Shown piece after piece: positions 37,745 through 47,790 of a stretch of DNA of 64,000 nucleotides. The position numbers and the translations under genes were made by a program. A model generated the notes under the pieces. It did not search any database and was not told the DNA's origin. It saw only the letters and a list, made by a program, of their open reading frames with translations. Source of the DNA: Candidatus Stercoripulliclostridium merdipullorum (GTDB taxonomy: Bacteria > Bacillota > Clostridia > Christensenellales > DTU072); assembly GCA_018713745.1 (NCBI GenBank), contig DVOH01000022.1, positions 10,615-74,614 on the forward strand, written 5' to 3'. Numbering within the stretch: the first letter of the stretch is position 1; every line of letters starts with the position of its first letter.

Positions 37745-38860
37745 TTACACCAGTTTAATCCATCGGAATACGTCGGCAAAGATCGCAAATCCTAAGATTG
37801 CAAAAAATCCGACCGTATGAATAGCCGCTTCGATTTTTTTGTTGACGGGCTTGCGGAAAATCATTTCGATCAGGCAAAATACCATCCGCGATCCGTCCAG
37901 TGCCGGCAACGGTAAAAGATTCATTACGGCAAGGTTTGCCGAAATCAAACAGACCACATAGCTCAGCATTGCCGCGCCGCCGCGGGACGCCTCGGAAATC
38001 ACGCCGATCGTGGTAATCGGGCCGCCTGCGTTTTCGAGTCCGATTTTTCCGGTGATCAGCATCCCGAGAATGGCAAGAATCTTGTACACCAGGAAGAACA
38101 TAAAGGAAAACGAACGCCCCAGCGAAGTGAAGAAATTCAGCTTTACCGTACGGATTACCGATCCGAACCCGAATCCGCGATAAGTAACGACATTGCCTGC
38201 ATCGTCGGTTGCGGGAACAAAATTGCCGTTCTCGTCATAAGTGCCGGAAAGGAAGGTGGATTTCGAGACCGTCAGCTTGACTTTTTTTCCGTCGCGCAAG
38301 ACGACGAGTTCGGCAGTATCGCCCGCTTTCGACAAAAGGGTCGAGGCATCCTCGGGCATCAGAACGTTGACCTGTTTGCCATCGACGCGCAAAATGGCGT
38401 CTCCTTCCTGCAAAACATGTTCGTATGTGCCGTCGGCATCGGGATAAAGCTGTCCGACCGTCGGCAGAATCTGCCCGTAAAACGTGAAGAAAAACGTAAT
38501 GATGACCCACGCCGAAACCAAATTGAAAAACGCACCCGAAAACAGAACGATCAATCGTTTCCATGCCGGCTGATTGTCGAAAGCATCGGGATTGTCGCTG
38601 ACCTCATCCTCTCCGACAAACTGACAGAAGCCGCCGAGCGGAATGGGGCGAATGGAAAAAATTTCGCCGTTGCGGGGATTGGTCCATTTGAAAATCCGCG
38701 GACCGAATCCGATCCCGAATTCGACGACTTTGAATTTGAGAATTTTTGCCGCAAGGTAATGACCCAACTCGTGAATCACGACCATTACGACCAATGCCAG
38801 CAAGGCAAGCAAAACGTAGCCGATGGTTTCCATCACTTCGGCAAACGTAGCGAGCATCAT
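37745..38860 (-). CDS. rseP: RIP site-2 metalloprotease RseP/RasP
   Basis: HELGHY, a PDZ segment, NLLPLPALDG. Confidence 0.93.
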   Translation of the reverse strand: MMLATFAEVMETIGYVLLALLALVVMVVIHELGHYLAAKILKFKVVEFGIGFGPRIFKWTNPRNGEIFSIRPIPLGGFCQFVGEDEVSDNPDAFDNQPAWKRLIVLFSGAFFNLVSAWVIITFFFTFYGQILPTVGQLYPDADGTYEHVLQEGDAILRVDGKQVNVLMPEDASTLLSKAGDTAELVVLRDGKKVKLTVSKSTFLSGTYDENGNFVPATDDAGNVVTYRGFGFGSVIRTVKLNFFTSLGRSFSFMFFLVYKILAILGMLITGKIGLENAGGPITTIGVISEASRGGAAMLSYVVCLISANLAVMNLLPLPALDGSRMVFCLIEMIFRKPVNKKIEAAIHTVGFFAILGFAIFADVFRWIKLV

Positions 38861-39957
38861 ATAGTGAACCTCCGTACGGTAGTACTTAAAGTATATTCCC
38901 GTACCTCCTCTTCCATACCCGCTATCCCTGCGGGTTCGACCGTAATGCGACGATCGGCAAAACGATCGAGTGCTTCTTGAATCACGGCGTTTATGCCGTA
39001 AAATCCGATGGTCCCGCTCCGATACAACGCGACGGCAATTTCATCCGCGATTGCAAAAACGGCACCCGTATTCCCGCCCGCTTTGTTGACTTCTTTGGCA
39101 ATCGTAAGACACGGGAAGCGCAACTCGTCGGGTTTTTCAAACCGCAACGACCCGATCGCGGCAAGATCGAGGGGCTTTACGTCGGTTTCCAACGTCTGCG
39201 GCGCGGTCAGCGCGTACTGAATCGGGATTGCCATATCGGGGTAAGACAATGCCGCTTTCATCGTACCGTCCGTAAATTCAACCAGAGAGTGCACGATACT
39301 TTCGGGATGCACGACGACGTCGATCGCTTCGGCAGGAATCCCGAAAAGATGTTTGGCTTCGATCAGCTCCATCCCTTTATTTGCCATCGTTGCGCAGTCA
39401 ATGGTGATTTTTTCACCCATTTTCCAGTTTGGATGCAACAAAGCCGCTTCGGCTTTCGCTACGGCAATTTCCTCTTTAGTCTTGGAGCGGAAGGCTCCGC
39501 CCGAAGCCGTCAGAAGCAGCCGCTTCACCGTCCCCCCTTCGAGGCAACGGGCAATGGTGCTGTGTTCGGAATCGATCGGAATAATGGTCTTGTGCTTGCT
39601 CCGCGCAAGCGTCATGAGATAATCTCCGCACGCGACAAGACACTCCTTGTTGGCGGTGGCAAGTTGCGCCCCGCTCTCCAGGACGGCGCGGCTCGGCTGA
39701 ATTCCGCCGATTCCGCCGATCCCGTTGACCACGACATCGCACTCGTCGTAAAGATCGGGGTTGTGTAAGGCTTGGGGATTTTCGACCGCTGAGATCAGTC
39801 TTTGACAACCGAACTCCTCCCCTAACGCATTCAGGCGGTCGCGTCGGCTGCCTACGGCAAGCAGCGATACGACAAAGCGATCGGGGTAACGCCGTACGAC
39901 ATCCAAAGTCTGCGTCCCGATCGAACCGGACGCGCCGAGCACACCGACTCTGATCAA
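38857..39957 (-). CDS. dxr: 1-deoxy-D-xylulose-5-phosphate reductoisomerase
   Basis: VGVLGASGSIGTQTLDV, IPIDSEHS, NKGMELIEA. TTG start at 39955-39957 overlaps the cdsA stop (TTGA) with GGAGGGG upstream; the track ORF to 40182 is an artefactual extension. Confidence 0.92.
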   Translation of the reverse strand: MIRVGVLGASGSIGTQTLDVVRRYPDRFVVSLLAVGSRRDRLNALGEEFGCQRLISAVENPQALHNPDLYDECDVVVNGIGGIGGIQPSRAVLESGAQLATANKECLVACGDYLMTLARSKHKTIIPIDSEHSTIARCLEGGTVKRLLLTASGGAFRSKTKEEIAVAKAEAALLHPNWKMGEKITIDCATMANKGMELIEAKHLFGIPAEAIDVVVHPESIVHSLVEFTDGTMKAALSYPDMAIPIQYALTAPQTLETDVKPLDLAAIGSLRFEKPDELRFPCLTIAKEVNKAGGNTGAVFAIADEIAVALYRSGTIGFYGINAVIQEALDRFADRRITVEPAGIAGMEEEVREYTLSTTVRRFTI

Positions 39958-40793
39958 ACGACCCCTCCGAAAAACGCCATGACAATCGCCATAAACAGAT
40001 TGGCAAACAAAATACTGTCCAGCCGATCCATCAGTCCCCCGTGGGAGCCGAGCAGACGGCTGAAATCTTTGATTCCGAGTTCGCGTTTCACGCGGCTTGC
40101 TGCAAGATCTCCGAGTTCGCTGACCACGGCGATCCCTAAGCCGAGCAAAAGATAAAACAGCACGGGAGCGTCTACAAGCCACTCGAAGCGGACGGCATCG
40201 TTGACGGGAACGTTGCCCAGTTCAAAGATGAGATAAACCAGAATCGCCCCCAGCGCACCGCCGAACAGTCCGGCAATCGCGCCGGCATAGGTTTTCTTGG
40301 GACTGATGGTGGGAAAAATCTTTTTTCCTTTTATCAGGGAACCCAAATAGTACGCTAAGGTATCCGACATCATAGCGGCAGCGATTCCGAGCAAGAAGGG
40401 AATCATGCCGTAAAGCGTCGTCATCAAAAGCGCAAGCCCCATCAGCAAGACGGGATAGATCAACAAAAACAAGGTATACAAAAAGTCCCTGATATCGTAC
40501 CCGCGTTTAAAGATGAAGCAAGCAAACGCAAGCGCAAATCCGACGCCCGCAACGGTCAGAAATCCTGCCCCGCCGAACAGGCGAATCATGGGATACATCA
40601 CAACCCAAACGACGGCAAGCGGCAAAATGTGAGGACGCACGCCGCGTTGCGCGACGGCAAAGTACATTTCAACCGCGGCAACCCCCGCGGCAAGCAGGAT
40701 AACAAGATCGAATATCGTCTGCGACCAACGGGTCAAGATCATCAAAACGAACAAAACGCTGATCAGCGACAGTCCGGTAACGGTACGTTTCAT
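39954..40793 (-). CDS. cdsA: phosphatidate cytidylyltransferase
   Basis: Multi-TM; signature SRVKRELGIKDFSRLLGSHGGLMDRLDS. Confidence 0.93.
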   Translation of the reverse strand: MKRTVTGLSLISVLFVLMILTRWSQTIFDLVILLAAGVAAVEMYFAVAQRGVRPHILPLAVVWVVMYPMIRLFGGAGFLTVAGVGFALAFACFIFKRGYDIRDFLYTLFLLIYPVLLMGLALLMTTLYGMIPFLLGIAAAMMSDTLAYYLGSLIKGKKIFPTISPKKTYAGAIAGLFGGALGAILVYLIFELGNVPVNDAVRFEWLVDAPVLFYLLLGLGIAVVSELGDLAASRVKRELGIKDFSRLLGSHGGLMDRLDSILFANLFMAIVMAFFGGVV

Positions 40794-41485
40794 TGCGAAA
40801 CCTCCCCGAAATTACGTTTGATTTGCGCAAATCGCGCGGCAAGCGCGAACATATCTTCCGCCTGAAAATCGGGCCAAAGTTTGTCCGAAAAAAACAGCTC
40901 GGAATAAGTGGTCTGCAACGGCATGAATCCGGAAAGACGCTGATAACCGCCGAAACGCCAAACGGCGTCCGGATCGGGAAGATTGACCGTATAGAGATAC
41001 GGTTCAAGTTCTTCGTAAGAAATTTTGCGATAATCGCCGTTCAGCAGCTTGTTTTCGATCAGAAGATTGACTGCGTGTACCACTTCTTCCCTTCCGCCGT
41101 ACGAAAGCGCGATGATAACGGTCATTCCCGTATGATTGATGGTTGCGGCGTTGACGCGCGCGATCGAAGACATCAATTCGGACGTGATGCGACTCATATC
41201 GCCGATAAATCGGATTCTCAACCCTTTCCGCATGGCGTACGGCAGCAGTACTTCGTCCAAAAACTCGGCTATGATCCCGAAAATCCCCAATACTTCCCGC
41301 TTGCTGCGACGGTGATTTTCGGTGCTGAACGCATAAAGCGACAGACACTCCAATCCGAGTTGTTCTGCCGCTTCCACCGCACGGAGAACGGCTTTTGCGC
41401 CTTCTGCATGCCCTGCCGTACGCTCCAGCCCACGCATCGTCGCCCATCTGCCGTTGCCGTCCATAATGATAGCAAGATGCTTCAT
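40790..41485 (-). CDS. uppS: isoprenyl transferase (undecaprenyl-diphosphate synthase)
   Basis: IIMDGNGRWA and ALSYGGREE; cis-prenyltransferase layout. Confidence 0.94.
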   Translation of the reverse strand: MKHLAIIMDGNGRWATMRGLERTAGHAEGAKAVLRAVEAAEQLGLECLSLYAFSTENHRRSKREVLGIFGIIAEFLDEVLLPYAMRKGLRIRFIGDMSRITSELMSSIARVNAATINHTGMTVIIALSYGGREEVVHAVNLLIENKLLNGDYRKISYEELEPYLYTVNLPDPDAVWRFGGYQRLSGFMPLQTTYSELFFSDKLWPDFQAEDMFALAARFAQIKRNFGEVSQ

Positions 41486-42060
41486 CAGACGCTCATAATC
41501 TCCGCTTCTTTATCGCTTGTCAGCTTATCGATGTCGGCAATCAGTCCGTTGACGATTTTTTCGACGTCTTTTTCGTACAAGGCAAGCCCGTCTTCGGTGA
41601 TTACCGAGTCTTTTTTGAGGGCGCGCAGATCGTTGATCGTATCGCGACGAATGTTACGCACGGCGACTTTTGCCTTTTCGCTCATCGATTTAACCTCTTT
41701 GGCAAGGGAACGACGACGCTCTTCGGTCAGTTCGGGAAAGACCATGCGGAGGCATTTGCCGTCATTGGTGGGAAAAATCCCGAGATTGGCGGCAATGATT
41801 GCTTTTTCGACCAGTTTGATCGCGCTGACGTCCCATACCGAAATCATCAGCATTCTCGCTTCGGGCACGGTAATGTTTGCCATTTGATTGATCGGCGTCT
41901 GCGTGCCGTAATAATCGACGGTGACTTTGTCGAGAATATGCGGATTGGCACGCCCTGCCCGCATCGCAAGGAGTTCCGCTTTGTAGCTCTGTACGGTTTT
42001 GCCGCCGCGTTCGCTGAGATCGCCGATTGCCAATTCGACTTCCATAATATCGTAAGCCAT
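41485..42060 (-). CDS. frr: ribosome recycling factor
   Basis: 191 aa; typical RRF sequence (RAGRANPHILDKVTVDYYG..., NIRRDTINDLR). Confidence 0.95.
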   Translation of the reverse strand: MAYDIMEVELAIGDLSERGGKTVQSYKAELLAMRAGRANPHILDKVTVDYYGTQTPINQMANITVPEARMLMISVWDVSAIKLVEKAIIAANLGIFPTNDGKCLRMVFPELTEERRRSLAKEVKSMSEKAKVAVRNIRRDTINDLRALKKDSVITEDGLALYEKDVEKIVNGLIADIDKLTSDKEAEIMSV

Positions 42061-42091
42061 AGAGATACCTCACTTGAAATATGCTGATATT

Positions 42092-42120
42092 ATCATATCA
42101 TATTTCTCTTTCCTTTACAA
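42092..42120 (-). promoter_or_regulatory. sigma-A-type promoter of the frr-uppS-cdsA-dxr-rseP-ispG operon
   Basis: TTGTAA (42115-42120), 17 nt, TGaTATGAT (-10 at 42092-42097); ~25-nt leader with a GTGAGGT SD. Confidence 0.6.
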
Positions 42121-42168
42121 GTATTAACTATTATACAAATCGATCAAACCGCCGGTCATTCTCCCGTC

Positions 42169-42199
42169 AAAAAACCCCGTCCTGTCGGAACGGGGTTTT
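42169..42199 (-). terminator. intrinsic terminator after pyrH
   Basis: Stem ccccgu / acgggg (extendable with A-U pairs), 9-nt loop, then a U6 tract. Confidence 0.85.
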
Positions 42200-42221
42200 G
42201 CAATCCGGATTGCTTTTCGAT

Positions 42222-42926
42222 TCAGCAAATCAGGGTGCCGATGGCTTCCCCTCGAACGGCACGCAAAATGCTTTGCGGTTCGCTGAGACCAAACGCCAGA
42301 ATCGGAATGCGGTTGTCCATACACAGACTGACTGCCGTCGTATCCATCGCCGTCAAACCGTTCTTGATAAAGTCGATATAGGAAATGCTGTCGTATTTTT
42401 TTGCGTCGGGATTCTTTTTGGGATCGCTGTCGTAGATGGCGTCAACGTTTTTGGCAAGCAGAATCACGTCGGCTCCGATCTCCGCCGCACGAAGTGCCGC
42501 CGCGGTGTCGGTCGTAAAATACGGATTGCCCGTACCTGCGCCGAAAATCACGACACGCCCCTTTTCGAGGTGGCGCTTGGCTTTGCGGATGATACAAGGC
42601 TCTGCAACCGCAGTCATGGTCAGTGCGGTCTGTACCCGCGTCGCAATCCCCTTCTTTTCGAGCGCATCCTGCATGGCAAGACAGTTCATGACCGTTGCAA
42701 GCATTCCCATGTGGTCGGCGGTCGCCCGATCCATATTGGTCCCCTGGCGTCCCCGCCAGAAGTTTCCCGCACCGATGACGATGCCGATCTCTGCGCCGCA
42801 ACCGTTGATCTCGGCAATCTGAGACACAATGCCGTCAATGACATCGAAGTTCAGACCGAATCCGTTGTCCCCTGCCAATGCCTCGCCCGAAATTTTGATC
42901 AGTACGCGCTTATACTTAAGCTCCAT
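42222..42926 (-). CDS. pyrH: UMP kinase
   Basis: [36 protein letters not shown]. Confidence 0.96.
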   Translation of the reverse strand: MELKYKRVLIKISGEALAGDNGFGLNFDVIDGIVSQIAEINGCGAEIGIVIGAGNFWRGRQGTNMDRATADHMGMLATVMNCLAMQDALEKKGIATRVQTALTMTAVAEPCIIRKAKRHLEKGRVVIFGAGTGNPYFTTDTAAALRAAEIGADVILLAKNVDAIYDSDPKKNPDAKKYDSISYIDFIKNGLTAMDTTAVSLCMDNRIPILAFGLSEPQSILRAVRGEAIGTLIC

Positions 42927-42946
42927 AATATCCTCCTTGCAATTTG

Positions 42947-42974
42947 CAAAAAATAAGGGGGCTAAACAGCCCCC
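42947..42974 (-). terminator. intrinsic terminator after tsf
   Basis: gggggcu-guuu-agccccc followed by uuauuuuuu. Confidence 0.85.
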
Positions 42975-42979
42975 GATTA

Positions 42980-43657
42980 TTATTTGTTGGCGTTAGCTTG
43001 TGCCTTAGCGACTTGCGCGCTGATTTCTTCGGCAAAGTTTTCTTCTTTCTTCTTAAGTCCTTCGCCCATTTCGTAACGGACAAAACGGCGGATGCTGATC
43101 TTTTCGCCGATCGTTCCGATCGTTTCGTTGAGGTATTGCGTAATCGTCTTGCCGGGATCTTTGACAAAATCCTGTTCCATCAAGCAGACTTCTTTGTAGA
43201 ATTTCTGAATACGACCTTCGACCATCTTTTCGATAATTGCGGCGGGACGGGGCTTGGGATCGTTGAGAGCCTGCGCGCGGAAAATTTCTTTTTCTTTTTC
43301 GAGTTCGGCGGCGGGGACTTCGTCGATCACAACGTAGCTGGGTTTTGCGGCTGCAATCTGCAACGCAACGTCGTGTACGAAATCTTTGAATGCGTCACTG
43401 CGCGCGACAAAGTCGGTTTCGCAGTTGACTTCGAGCAGAACGCCGATCTTGCCGCCCATGTGGATGTAAGAGTCGACAATCCCTTGCGATGCGATTCTGC
43501 CTGCTTTTTTGGCGGCGGTTGCCATGCCCTTTTCGCGCAGTTTTTCGATCGCTTTTTCCATATTGCCGTCCGTCTCGGTCAGCGCTTTTTTGCAGTCCAT
43601 CATTCCCGCACCGGTGATTGCGCGGAGTTCTTGTACGTCTTTTGCGGTAAATGCCAT
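42980..43657 (-). CDS. tsf: elongation factor Ts (short, 225-aa form)
   Basis: N-terminal [19 protein letters not shown]; follows rpsB. Shorter than the ~290-aa form, as in some lineages. Confidence 0.93.
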   Translation of the reverse strand: MAFTAKDVQELRAITGAGMMDCKKALTETDGNMEKAIEKLREKGMATAAKKAGRIASQGIVDSYIHMGGKIGVLLEVNCETDFVARSDAFKDFVHDVALQIAAAKPSYVVIDEVPAAELEKEKEIFRAQALNDPKPRPAAIIEKMVEGRIQKFYKEVCLMEQDFVKDPGKTITQYLNETIGTIGEKISIRRFVRYEMGEGLKKKEENFAEEISAQVAKAQANANK

Positions 43658-43677
43658 TGTGAATACCTCTCTCTATA

Positions 43678-44442
43678 TTATTCGGCGTCTGCCTGTTTTT
43701 CGGCTTCGACGGCTTCTGCAACCGCTTCGGCGTCGTCTGCCTTGACGATCTCTGCTTCTTCGCCTTCCTTGGCGGCAACAACCGCGTCGGCAATGACCGA
43801 GGCGATCAGCTTGATGGCGCGGATTGCGTCGTCGTTGCCGGGGATGACATAGTCGACTTCGTCGGGATCGCAGTTGGTGTCAACCAAACCGATGACGGGG
43901 ATGCCCAACGCGCGAGCTTCTTTCAGCGCGATATGTTCGATCTTAAGATCGACAACAAACAAGGCACCGGGCAGCGTGCGCATATTTTTGATACCGCCGA
44001 GGTTCTTCTCGAGGGTGTCGCGTTCGGCTTTGAGTTTGATGACTTCCTTTTTGGGGAGAAGTTCCATCTCGCCGATGGCTTCCATCTGATTGAGCTTGTT
44101 CAGTTTGTCGATTCTGGTGCGGATGGTGGCAAAGTTGGTCAGCGTGCCGCCGAGCCATCTTTGGTTCATATAGAACATTCCGCAGCGTTCGGCTTCGGAC
44201 TGAATTGCTTCTTTGGCTTGCTTCTTTTTGCCGACAAACAGAATGCTTTTGCCTTGTTTGACGGTTTCGTAAACGAATTTGTAGGCTTCTTCGATCAGGT
44301 CGACGGTCAGTTGCAGATCGATAATATGAATATCGTTGCGCGCGTCATAGATGTACTTGCCCATTTTGGGGTTCCATCTTTTGGTCTGGTGTCCGAAGTG
44401 GACGCCGGCTTCTAAAAGTTGCTTCATCGAAATAACTGCCAT
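43678..44442 (-). CDS. rpsB: 30S ribosomal protein S2
   Basis: [27 protein letters not shown]; GGAGGT SD before ATG 44442; acidic C-terminal tail. The track ORF extends to 44484. Confidence 0.96.
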   Translation of the reverse strand: MAVISMKQLLEAGVHFGHQTKRWNPKMGKYIYDARNDIHIIDLQLTVDLIEEAYKFVYETVKQGKSILFVGKKKQAKEAIQSEAERCGMFYMNQRWLGGTLTNFATIRTRIDKLNKLNQMEAIGEMELLPKKEVIKLKAERDTLEKNLGGIKNMRTLPGALFVVDLKIEHIALKEARALGIPVIGLVDTNCDPDEVDYVIPGNDDAIRAIKLIASVIADAVVAAKEGEEAEIVKADDAEAVAEAVEAEKQADAE

Positions 44443-44547
44443 AAAAAGATACCTCCGTGTTTTTATTTCCTCCCCGTCGATCAACGGAAGCGGCGACCCT
44501 CAAGGCAACTGCCGCACCCTCTCGACGGGTGTGATATGGCAATGGAT

Positions 44548-44577
44548 ATATTACCATAAAAGAACAAGGTTAAGCAA
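44548..44577 (-). promoter_or_regulatory. candidate extended -10 promoter of rpsB-tsf
   Basis: TGgTAATAT (-10 at 44548-44553) with a weak -35 TTGCTT at 18-nt spacing; would give a ~100-nt leader. Confidence 0.4.
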
Positions 44578-44607
44578 GCAATTTAGAACAAAAACCGATT
44601 GATTTTT

Positions 44608-44634
44608 CAAAAAAACGGAACCCGACGGGTTCCG
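44608..44634 (-). terminator. intrinsic terminator after the MBG surface-protein gene
   Basis: cggaaccc-guc-ggguuccg followed by uuuuuuu. Confidence 0.85.
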
Positions 44635-44640
44635 ATGCGC

Positions 44641-46296
44641 TTACCAGCGATAGGTATAATTTTGATCGTCGTCTTTGACCTCGAGGGTTTTGCGTTTTTT
44701 CATCCGTTTGTACTGAATATGGAATCCGACTTTCAGCAAAACGATGATCAGGACAAGAAAAATCAAAACGCCCGCAATCCAGTAAAGTGCCGTCCGCGAC
44801 TGATAAACGACGATATATCCGTCCGAATATGCCGACAAAGACAATTCGTCGTCCTGCAGGACAAAATTGCCGATCGAGGAAACCTCTCCTTTGTCGTTGA
44901 CAACGGCAATGCGTTTGGCAAACAGCTTGGACGCCGAGATCCCTTTCAGAAGGAACCGAACGGTACCGCTCTCGATTTTGCCGTCCACGACCTTGACGCG
45001 ATAAATCCCGTCGACATAGGAAGCGCCCGCAATCAGACCGCTGTTTTTGAGGGCACCGACGATGACGGTGCCTGCATCCGAATTTTTGTCGACCGTATCG
45101 ACGGTGAGCGACGCATCGGGCGAAAACTGTCCCGTCGCCGATACCGTCAGATCCCCGGAAGAAGCGGTCAATCCCGCACGATAAACGGTCAGTTTGCCCG
45201 AAACGTACAGGAAATTGTAGTTGCGCGCCTCTCCGCCCGAAGCGACGACCGTGTAAACGCCGGGGGCGTCGTACGACGCATTGACCGTGGGGAGAACATC
45301 CAGAACATCCGCTGTCTCGTCGCCGACAAAGCCCGTATAGGTCAGACGGAAGGACGGCTGACTTCCGAGCGCGACGCCGGTATCGGCAACGGAAACCGTC
45401 AGATTTTTCTTAAGAATCGTCAGTTTGGTAAGCTCCGCTTCGATCGCGTCGTTGTCGACGTAATAATTGGGGTCGGAATATGAAAATCTGACGCGATAAA
45501 CGCCCGCTTCTTTGGGAGGCGTTGCGGACCACGCCGCCGTCCCTTCGAGCGCGTATTCGGTCGTCAGCGTGCCGATCGATTGGGAATCTTGCTGCAACAG
45601 ACCCGAAAATCCCGCATACACGACTTTGGGCAATCCGTCATAGACATAAGCATCGCCCGCGCTGACGGTGATATCGAGCGGTTTCGGCGTTACGTTAAGC
45701 ACAAACGACTCGGTTTTGGCGGCGTAGTTGGCACTTCCCGGATAGGAAACGACGACTTCGTAAACCCCGCAGCGAGGGAAGACCCCCTGCTCGTAATCGT
45801 AGTCGAACCGGTATTCGACCGTGGCGGCTTGGTTGAGATCGACGCCCGTCGCCATTGCCGAAACGGAAATACGGTCGCCGTAAACAACGTTCAGTCCTTC
45901 GACCGCAAAGACGGGATCGGCAGGCAGAACATTGAGGCGTACCCCGCCGCTTTCCTCGCCGTCGACCAAAACGACGGCAAGATATTCGCCCGCATCGGTG
46001 GGCGCAAACGAAAGTACCGTTCCGTCGATGGCGCGATATTCGATCCGATAATCGTCCGAGGAAACGGGACTGCCGTTGACGGTAACCGTCACCCGAACCG
46101 ACTGCATCTCCGCGTCATAAACACGGGTGATCGTATCGCCGACGGCATCTTCGAATTCGACGGTAATAACGTCGGCAGCCATCGCGGTCCCAGTCGGCGA
46201 AGCCGTCCAAAGGACACAAAAAATCGCCGCAAGCACGGCAAACACCGCGATTACGACGTATTTTTTGATTTGGCTGTATTGCGTCATCCCTTCCAT
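44641..46296 (-). CDS. type I membrane surface protein with MBG-type / Ig-like repeats
   Basis: Signal peptide (...PTGTAMA/AD). MBG-like modules (KKNLTVSVADTGVALGSQP...YTGFVGDETADVL...GVYTVVASGGEARNYNFLYVSGKLTV). C-terminal TM plus basic tail. ATG 46296 has GAGGT 6 nt upstream. Confidence 0.7.
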   Translation of the reverse strand: MEGMTQYSQIKKYVVIAVFAVLAAIFCVLWTASPTGTAMAADVITVEFEDAVGDTITRVYDAEMQSVRVTVTVNGSPVSSDDYRIEYRAIDGTVLSFAPTDAGEYLAVVLVDGEESGGVRLNVLPADPVFAVEGLNVVYGDRISVSAMATGVDLNQAATVEYRFDYDYEQGVFPRCGVYEVVVSYPGSANYAAKTESFVLNVTPKPLDITVSAGDAYVYDGLPKVVYAGFSGLLQQDSQSIGTLTTEYALEGTAAWSATPPKEAGVYRVRFSYSDPNYYVDNDAIEAELTKLTILKKNLTVSVADTGVALGSQPSFRLTYTGFVGDETADVLDVLPTVNASYDAPGVYTVVASGGEARNYNFLYVSGKLTVYRAGLTASSGDLTVSATGQFSPDASLTVDTVDKNSDAGTVIVGALKNSGLIAGASYVDGIYRVKVVDGKIESGTVRFLLKGISASKLFAKRIAVVNDKGEVSSIGNFVLQDDELSLSAYSDGYIVVYQSRTALYWIAGVLIFLVLIIVLLKVGFHIQYKRMKKRKTLEVKDDDQNYTYRW

Positions 46297-46397
46297 TCCG
46301 TTACCTCTTCCGCGTGCATCTGCAGATACACAAGATAAGGATACCATAAAGAAAGAAAAAGATCAATACATTTTGCCGAAAAAAGCAACGGGATTAC

Positions 46398-47000
46398 TCA
46401 GTCCGCCGCGATGACGATTTCGGCAATGACGACGGGGTCGGGATACGGGAAATCCGAAAACAGCTGGGACATATAGTACTGTTCCATCCGCGCATTACCG
46501 CGGTAAGGATTTTGGGCATACTCGTAGGGCATCCCCCGAACCCGCGCCGTACGATACGTTGCGCCCTTGCCGATTGCACGAACGACGGCAAGACTTTCGG
46601 GATCTTCTACCTTACCGAAAGCGGCATAATCTCCGTCAAGATGGGGCGCCGCGTCGGTCATGATAAAGAACTGTCCCGTCGCGCTGTTTTTGTCTTGCGT
46701 ACGCGCCATCGAAATCACCCCCGCTTCATGCTTGAGGGTGTTGGTTTTGCAACCGTTCGAGGCAAATTCTCCGCGAATCGCCCGAGCCTCGGGTGCGTCA
46801 CTGACGGTATTTCCGTCTACGCGGAATCCCCCGCCCTGAATCATAAATCCGTTGATTACGCGATGAAAGCACAACCCCGTGTAATATCCCCTTTTGACCA
46901 GTTCGACAAAGTGCGCGACGGTTTCGGGGGCATACTCGGGACAAAGCGCAAGGCGGATTTCCCTGCCGTCGGTCAGACGGATCACAATGCGTTCTGCCAT
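46398..47000 (-). CDS. ppiB: peptidyl-prolyl cis-trans isomerase, cyclophilin type
   Basis: FHRVINGFMIQGGG and SMARTQDKNSATGQFFI. Confidence 0.92.
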   Translation of the reverse strand: MAERIVIRLTDGREIRLALCPEYAPETVAHFVELVKRGYYTGLCFHRVINGFMIQGGGFRVDGNTVSDAPEARAIRGEFASNGCKTNTLKHEAGVISMARTQDKNSATGQFFIMTDAAPHLDGDYAAFGKVEDPESLAVVRAIGKGATYRTARVRGMPYEYAQNPYRGNARMEQYYMSQLFSDFPYPDPVVIAEIVIAAD

Positions 47001-47011
47001 AAATCGCCCTC

Positions 47012-47341
47012 TTATTCGGCTTCGTCGGAAGCGGCGTCTTCGTCCTCTTCGCTTTCGACCAACTTGTCAAACTCTTCCATCAGATCGGACAGCAGCGCTT
47101 CGTCCTCGACGGGAACATAAAGTTCTTCGCCGTTCTCGTCTTCGTCGATGCGGCAAATAAACAGGTCGCCCTCTTCAAATCCTTCGGTCGGCTTGACGGG
47201 GGACAGATAAATGTACCACAAATCTTTGTAGTCCAATACCGCAATCACGTCAAAGTCGATTTCGTTGCCGTCCTCGTCCACGAAAGTAACAACTTCTTCC
47301 TCTTCTTCTTCGATCAACTCGAAATCACGTTCGTCTGCCAT
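47012..47341 (-). CDS. DUF1292 (YrzB-like) acidic small protein
   Basis: 109 aa, very acidic, ...DENGNE.EF... pattern; follows ruvX as in the Firmicute yrrK-yrzB arrangement. Confidence 0.8.
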   Translation of the reverse strand: MADERDFELIEEEEEEVVTFVDEDGNEIDFDVIAVLDYKDLWYIYLSPVKPTEGFEEGDLFICRIDEDENGEELYVPVEDEALLSDLMEEFDKLVESEEDEDAASDEAE

Positions 47342-47362
47342 AATAGTTACTCCTTTTTTTAT

Positions 47363-47767
47363 TTATCGGTCAAGATAGCTCTGCAAAATAATCGTTGCCG
47401 CTACCTTATCGATGACTTTTTTGCGTTTATCGCGTCGGACGCCGCCTTCGATCAGCATGCGCTCCGCCTGCACCGTCGTCAAACGTTCGTCGACATATAC
47501 AAACGGCAACGCAGTAAATTGTCGTAATTGTTCGGCAAAAGCTTTTGTCTTCTCGACGCGGTCTCCTTCGGTGCCGTCCATGTTATACGGCATCCCGATC
47601 ACTACGGTATCGACTTCGCGGTCGGCAAAAAATTTTGCCAGATAACGATAGTCGTCTTCGGTATTTTTTCGGACATACGTTTCGTATCCCGAAGCAATAA
47701 TCCCCATCACGTCGCTGGTTGCGATTCCGATTCTGACGTCGCCGACGTCCAAAGCCGCTTTCCGCAT
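47363..47767 (-). CDS. ruvX: Holliday-junction-resolvase-like nuclease RuvX/YqgF
   Basis: MRKAALDVGDVRIGIA..., VVIGMPYNMDGTEG, DERLTT. ATG 47767; the track ORF to 48100 overlaps the permease gene. Confidence 0.9.
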   Translation of the reverse strand: MRKAALDVGDVRIGIATSDVMGIIASGYETYVRKNTEDDYRYLAKFFADREVDTVVIGMPYNMDGTEGDRVEKTKAFAEQLRQFTALPFVYVDERLTTVQAERMLIEGGVRRDKRKKVIDKVAATIILQSYLDR

Positions 47768-47790
47768 ACTGCTTTTCCTGCCTTCGTTTG

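Noticed and set aside
38857-40182. Long N-terminal extensions in the longest-ORF calls for several genes: dxr to 40182, thiI to 11154, ruvX to 48100, rluD to 28572, sepF to 29558, the SSB-like gene to 30882, and the exonuclease gene to 36766.
   Set aside because: The extensions overlap the upstream gene, are Arg/Ser/Pro-rich out-of-frame read-through, and lack family N-terminal motifs. Internal starts with an SD or stop-start overlaps (ATGA, TTGA, GTGA) fit the conserved N-termini.
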